A stretch of 64,000 nt of DNA, taken from the human T2T-CHM13v2.0 reference genome, Homo sapiens. Positions 59,288 through 64,000 of this stretch are shown here, in pieces; positions within the stretch are counted from its first letter, which is position 1; each line of letters begins with the position of its first letter. A program made the position numbers and the translations under genes. The stretch lies in assembly GCF_009914755.1 (NCBI RefSeq), contig NC_060933.1. The stretch is one strand, 5' to 3'. The notes under the pieces were generated by a model. That model did not search any database. It was given only the letters and a program-made list of their open reading frames with translations, and was not told the origin of the DNA.

Positions 59288-60601
59288 ATGGCCTGCTTAA
59301 GGAAGCTCTGGGAGGAACAGAAAGTGGTGGATGAGTCAACCAGGGAAAGTTGACTTTGTTGTGTTTAAATTTGTGGGTTTGGGGTACCATGAAGACCACT
59401 TGAAGTTATTCTCCAACAGGCAGGATGGTGTGTGAGTATCTGAGTATCTATCTCTCACACCAGATCATAAGCTTCTTGAAAGCAAGGACTTGGTCTTTTT
59501 CTCTGCAATAGTTCTGGTGTCTACCACAGTGCTTGGCACACAAAAGTGACCCAAACAATGTTTGTTTGATGAGGGAATGAATAAATGAATGAATGAATGA
59601 ATGGTAAAGGATTTAGGACTGAGGCTGTGTGGTCTGAAGAAGAAAGGATACTGGAATTCTGGAAATCTCTCCCAGAACAGTCCTCTCTGGCACTTCTCCC
59701 AGGGAGAGGGACTCCTGCATTTGCTCAGAGGCCACCATGGCCCTGGGGGTCTGGCCTGCCTGCTTTGCAACTTGAGGCCCTCGCGTACCCCATAGGCTGT
59801 GGAAGGCCTGGATCTGCTGGGAAACCTCCTTCTTCCACTAAATGGAAACTGGAATTCCAGGAGAAAGCAAAAATCAACAAGAGCTATTTTGATTATAATG
59901 ATATCTCATTTCTAAGCAGCTCTCTCTATTTCCTGTTTATAGCCCAAACTGAGAGCAGAAGCGACTAGATCTCTCAGTGAAAGGTTTTCTCCGAAGACGT
60001 CTAGCTATATCATCAACAGGAAACAGTACTCTCCCAAGACAAAAGTCCCTGTCTCTGGCCACTCTGTTGGGTTTCATTGCACCCTACAAAGGGAGGTGGG
60101 AAACCTGGGTTTCTGAAAGAGGCCCTGATTTTGTGTTAGCCTTCAGCATCTACCACTTGTACCCAGCTCCCAGTCCCCCAAATTTCTGGGGACTCCATGT
60201 GAAATCAATGCACAGGAATTGTGGGGGGAAGCCCTAAGGAGTCCAGCCGCGATTTTCAGCGCGATTTTCAGGGCAGCTACATTTCACTTCAAAACTCCCA
60301 GTAAGTCTGCCACTAAGACCCCTGGAAAGGCTGGCTATGTCAGCCCTCTGTCTTCATTAGAAGAATCTCAGGATTTCTTCCAGTGACAGAACATGATCCT
60401 CAGATTCCAGGGAGTGACCCCAGACCCAATTCCTCTCCGGGCTATAAAACTGTGGAGTGTGACACAGACAGAGAGACTGTGGTAATTTAGAGACTAAGAA
60501 AAAAACTGACTAGAAAGCAACTGAACAGAACAGCTGCAGGAATGTAAAATGCAAGACCCTCTGATCTGACAGTCTTTTCCTGCACCTCTACAAATGTGCG
60601 T

Positions 60602-60603
<2 letters not shown>

Positions 60604-60631
<28 letters not shown>
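60604..60631. repeat. (CA)n microsatellite
   Basis: Direct reading. Confidence 0.95.
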
Positions 60632-60633
<2 letters not shown>

Positions 60634-62342
60634 CTCCCAGAAAGGACCCTCTGAAGACAGGACATTTCAGCTGACATCTGAAAGATGAGGAAGGCAGCCA
60701 TGCCAAGAGTATTCCAGAAAGAAGGAACAGGGTTTGCAAAAGCTCAGCAGCTCCACAGCTGCTGGTCTGGGCCAAATAGGACAGACAGCCTGTGGCTCTC
60801 CCCACACCTTGTGCTTCCTCACTCAGCCACTGTGAGTCTCCTCTCGCCTGAAACAGTCTCCCGCTCTGTCCTAACCTTCCAGCATCTTTCTCATTCACTC
60901 TGTCTCCTGAATATCACCCACAAAGGGTAGCAGTATCAGTCTTGGTCCACACACTTATGCAAGAAGTGCCACTTTGTTTTCTTTAAATCAAGTGATATCA
61001 GACTCTGTACCCCAAGGCTGCTGGTCTGGCAGGCAGTTCAAACTCAGTCGTTCACGGGGCTCTCTCCCACCCAAGGTCATGCAAAGGTGACATGCTCATC
61101 TTGGGGAAGGCCCATCATCACTGGTTCTCACTGGATTTATCCTTGGGTGTGCATTGTCCTGGTTTTCAGAGCCCCTTCAGGGCTGAAGTCTGTGTGGCTT
61201 CTGAGCCAAGCTTGGAGACAGGAGCCTTGGCAGAGGCTGGGAGCCTGGAATCAGCATCCAGCTTCCCTGCTTACACCACAGTGTAGCACTCCCACATCCT
61301 CACCCCACCCCACCCCAAGTGCAGCCTACAGCCCCTCCCCTCTACTGCTTCTGGGAGAAAGTGCACCCCTCCCCGAACCCCACCAGGATGCCTAGCTTCA
61401 TCTCTTTAGTGAACTTTTGGCTTTTGCAAAAGACCTGAAGGCCCATTGACCAAAAGTAGCCTCTGCCCAGGCAAGGGAGCACAAAACCCACTCATCTTCT
61501 AGAAATGGACTGGAGAGTGCAACACAGGAAGTGCCCACACAGATGTTTCCTAGACCTTGCCTTTAGGGTCCCTCTGTTCTCAGGGATGCAGTCTATCCAG
61601 CCCTGGGAACTTGAACTCCCTGAGAACAATGTCCCTCTCTATCTATGGTAAAGGATTAGGTTTTGTTTTTTTTCTTTTAAGCTTCCAGTTCATCTCAGAA
61701 CAGTACTTTTGTAAAGTACAATGAAAGTGAATGATGAGAAAAGTAAAATTTTTGAAAGACACACAGAATACAGGTACTGATTTTTTATTATTAGATTCAA
61801 TAAATTGTTATTAAGGGTTCTAAACATATTCTTTCCATTTCTGCACTCACTTGGTCACCGATCAGTAACCAACTGTGGAGGGACACGGATTGGTGGGCCA
61901 CTCACTTTGAGGAGCGCTGCCTTAGAGCACTCAGGAGGGAGCAGTGAGTCCTTCTTCACCTCTAGAAATGTGGAGCTTAGTGAACTGTAGAATCTTCAAG
62001 GGGTTAGGGTAGAAGCTGGAAACAAGGACAGCCTTTACCTAGTGAGCCAAGAAACTAAAATCCAGCCTCCTCTTACAACTACTTACAATGCAAAAAGAAT
62101 TACAGTGTAGGACTATGGAGCCTGCCTCTGGGGCAGGCTGCCTGGTGATACATTCAGCACTGCCACTTACTGCCTTGACCCAGGATGAGTTAATAGCTCA
62201 CAGCCTCAGTTTACTCATCTGTCCAATTAGGATAGTAGTACTATCTCATAGGGTTTTTGTAAAGACTGAAGTTAATAAGTGCATAATCACATAGAGTTGC
62301 TCTTGGAAAATAGTAAGTGCCTGTGAATATTAAAAATTTCCT

Positions 62343-62628
62343 GGCCAGGTGCCGGGGCTCATGCCTGTAATCCCAGCACTTTGGGAGGCCAAGGCAGAAG
62401 AATTACTTGAGCCTAGGAGTTTTGAGACCAGCCTGGGCAACATAGGGAGACCCTGTGTCTACAAAAAAAATTTAAAAAATTATCTGGGCATGGTGGCATA
62501 CACCTGTAGTCCCAGCTACTCAGGTGGATGAGGTGGGAGGATTGCTCAAGCCCAGGAGGCCGATCACACCACTACACTGCAGCCTGGGCAACAGAGCAAG
62601 ACCCTGTCTCAAATAAAATAAAATAAAA
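62343..62628 (+). mobile_element. AluJ with small internal deletion
   Basis: J-type arms, (TAAAA)n tail and TSD aaa[a/g]tttcct. Confidence 0.9.
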
Positions 62629-62797
62629 GTTTCCTTAGAAAGAAAGCTTCAGGAGGTTAGGGATCTTTATTTCCTGATGTTTCCCAAATGCCTAGAACCA
62701 TGCCTGGCACATAGCAGTGCTCAGTAAATATCAGTGAATGAATCCATCTCCTTATCCAATGCTGAACTTCAGGCTTCCATGTTTATCCCACTCTTAG

Positions 62798-63280
<483 letters not shown>

Positions 63281-64000
63281 TGACCTGGCATTTAGACCTT
63301 CCAAAATCTGATTTCCACCTGTGTTTCTAGGCATGTGACCCACTGCACACTACACAGCCCCCACAGGGACCATTTCTCCTACCCTGAGCAAGCCATTCCT
63401 CCAAGACACACTTCTTTGCAACTCCTGCCCGTTGAAAGATTACTCATTCTACCAAGCCAGGCTTAAATGCTGCCTACTCTCTGAAGCTGTCTCTGATATT
63501 CCACCAGAGTTCGTCTCTCATCTGCACATCTACTAATTCTCTGTTCTCAACTCCTGTTCAGAAGACCTTGTAATCAAGTTCATTGTTTGCACATCTGTCC
63601 CTTTACTAAGGTGGAACTCCTTAAGGACAAGGGACCATATCTTCAGCAGCTCTGAATAGCATTGGTGCTTCATGCAGGGCCTTGCCTATAAATACAACTT
63701 CAACAGGTGGGAGTTGTTGGTGGGTTCCCACCTGCAAGCATAAGTCAGCAGGCTTCACAGTGAGTGGCCTAACATAGGTGTGGATCAGAAGGAAATGAAA
63801 GCTTCATTCTAGCTTCCCCAATACTACTTGTCTCTTACCATTCCGTTGTCTTGAGTATTCTTTGGGGAACCTGCTGATATAGGAGGAACAGTGGCTTCAA
63901 TCTGAAGGACTGTGCCAGCTTAGGGTGAGTATGACTCAGTCTGGAAGCAGAAGCAGAAGGGAATATGGTTTTGTGGATGAACGTGGGAGACAGCATGGCA

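Overview
Human (primate) genomic DNA, not microbial. The window holds the 3' half of paralemmin-2 (PALM2, part of the PALM2AKAP2 read-through locus, which I recall lies on chr9q31) on the + strand. Three internal exons are visible: 15248-15362 (115 nt), a 22-nt microexon at 16574-16595, and a 102-nt in-frame cassette exon at 23440-23541. The terminal coding exon (34199-34938) ends in the polybasic/palmitoyl/CaaX tail KKKRCQCCVVM. A ~8 kb 3' UTR runs to a well-formed poly(A) site near 42990, followed by ~21 kb that is intron of the PALM2-AKAP2 read-through. The rest is a typical repeat landscape: more than 20 Alus (many with readable TSDs), a young 5'-truncated L1, older L1M pieces, L2, MIR, a long CR1/L3 fossil with recognisable RT motifs, MLT1 LTRs, hAT-Charlie MER elements and microsatellites. 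Nearly all listed ORFs outside the exons are Alu-derived or chance. The strongest unexplained signal is a set of phase-compatible splice sites that could swap the membrane anchor: a phase-1 donor just before the CaaX codons (34894/34895) and a textbook 3' acceptor (42863/42864) just upstream of the distal poly(A) site, opening an alternative 22-aa C-terminus. Other notable items are a 148-codon in-frame intronic extension of the cassette exon, a weak AAG acceptor with a long AG-exclusion zone, a templated insertion with inverted microhomologies, an intermediate-type (GCG/A) young L1, a near-adjacent inverted Alu pair, and an AP-1/ARE motif cluster. I see no evidence of a wholly new gene system; the isoform ideas are inferences that need transcript data. 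Repeat subfamily calls are from memory of consensus sequences, and their boundaries are approximate.
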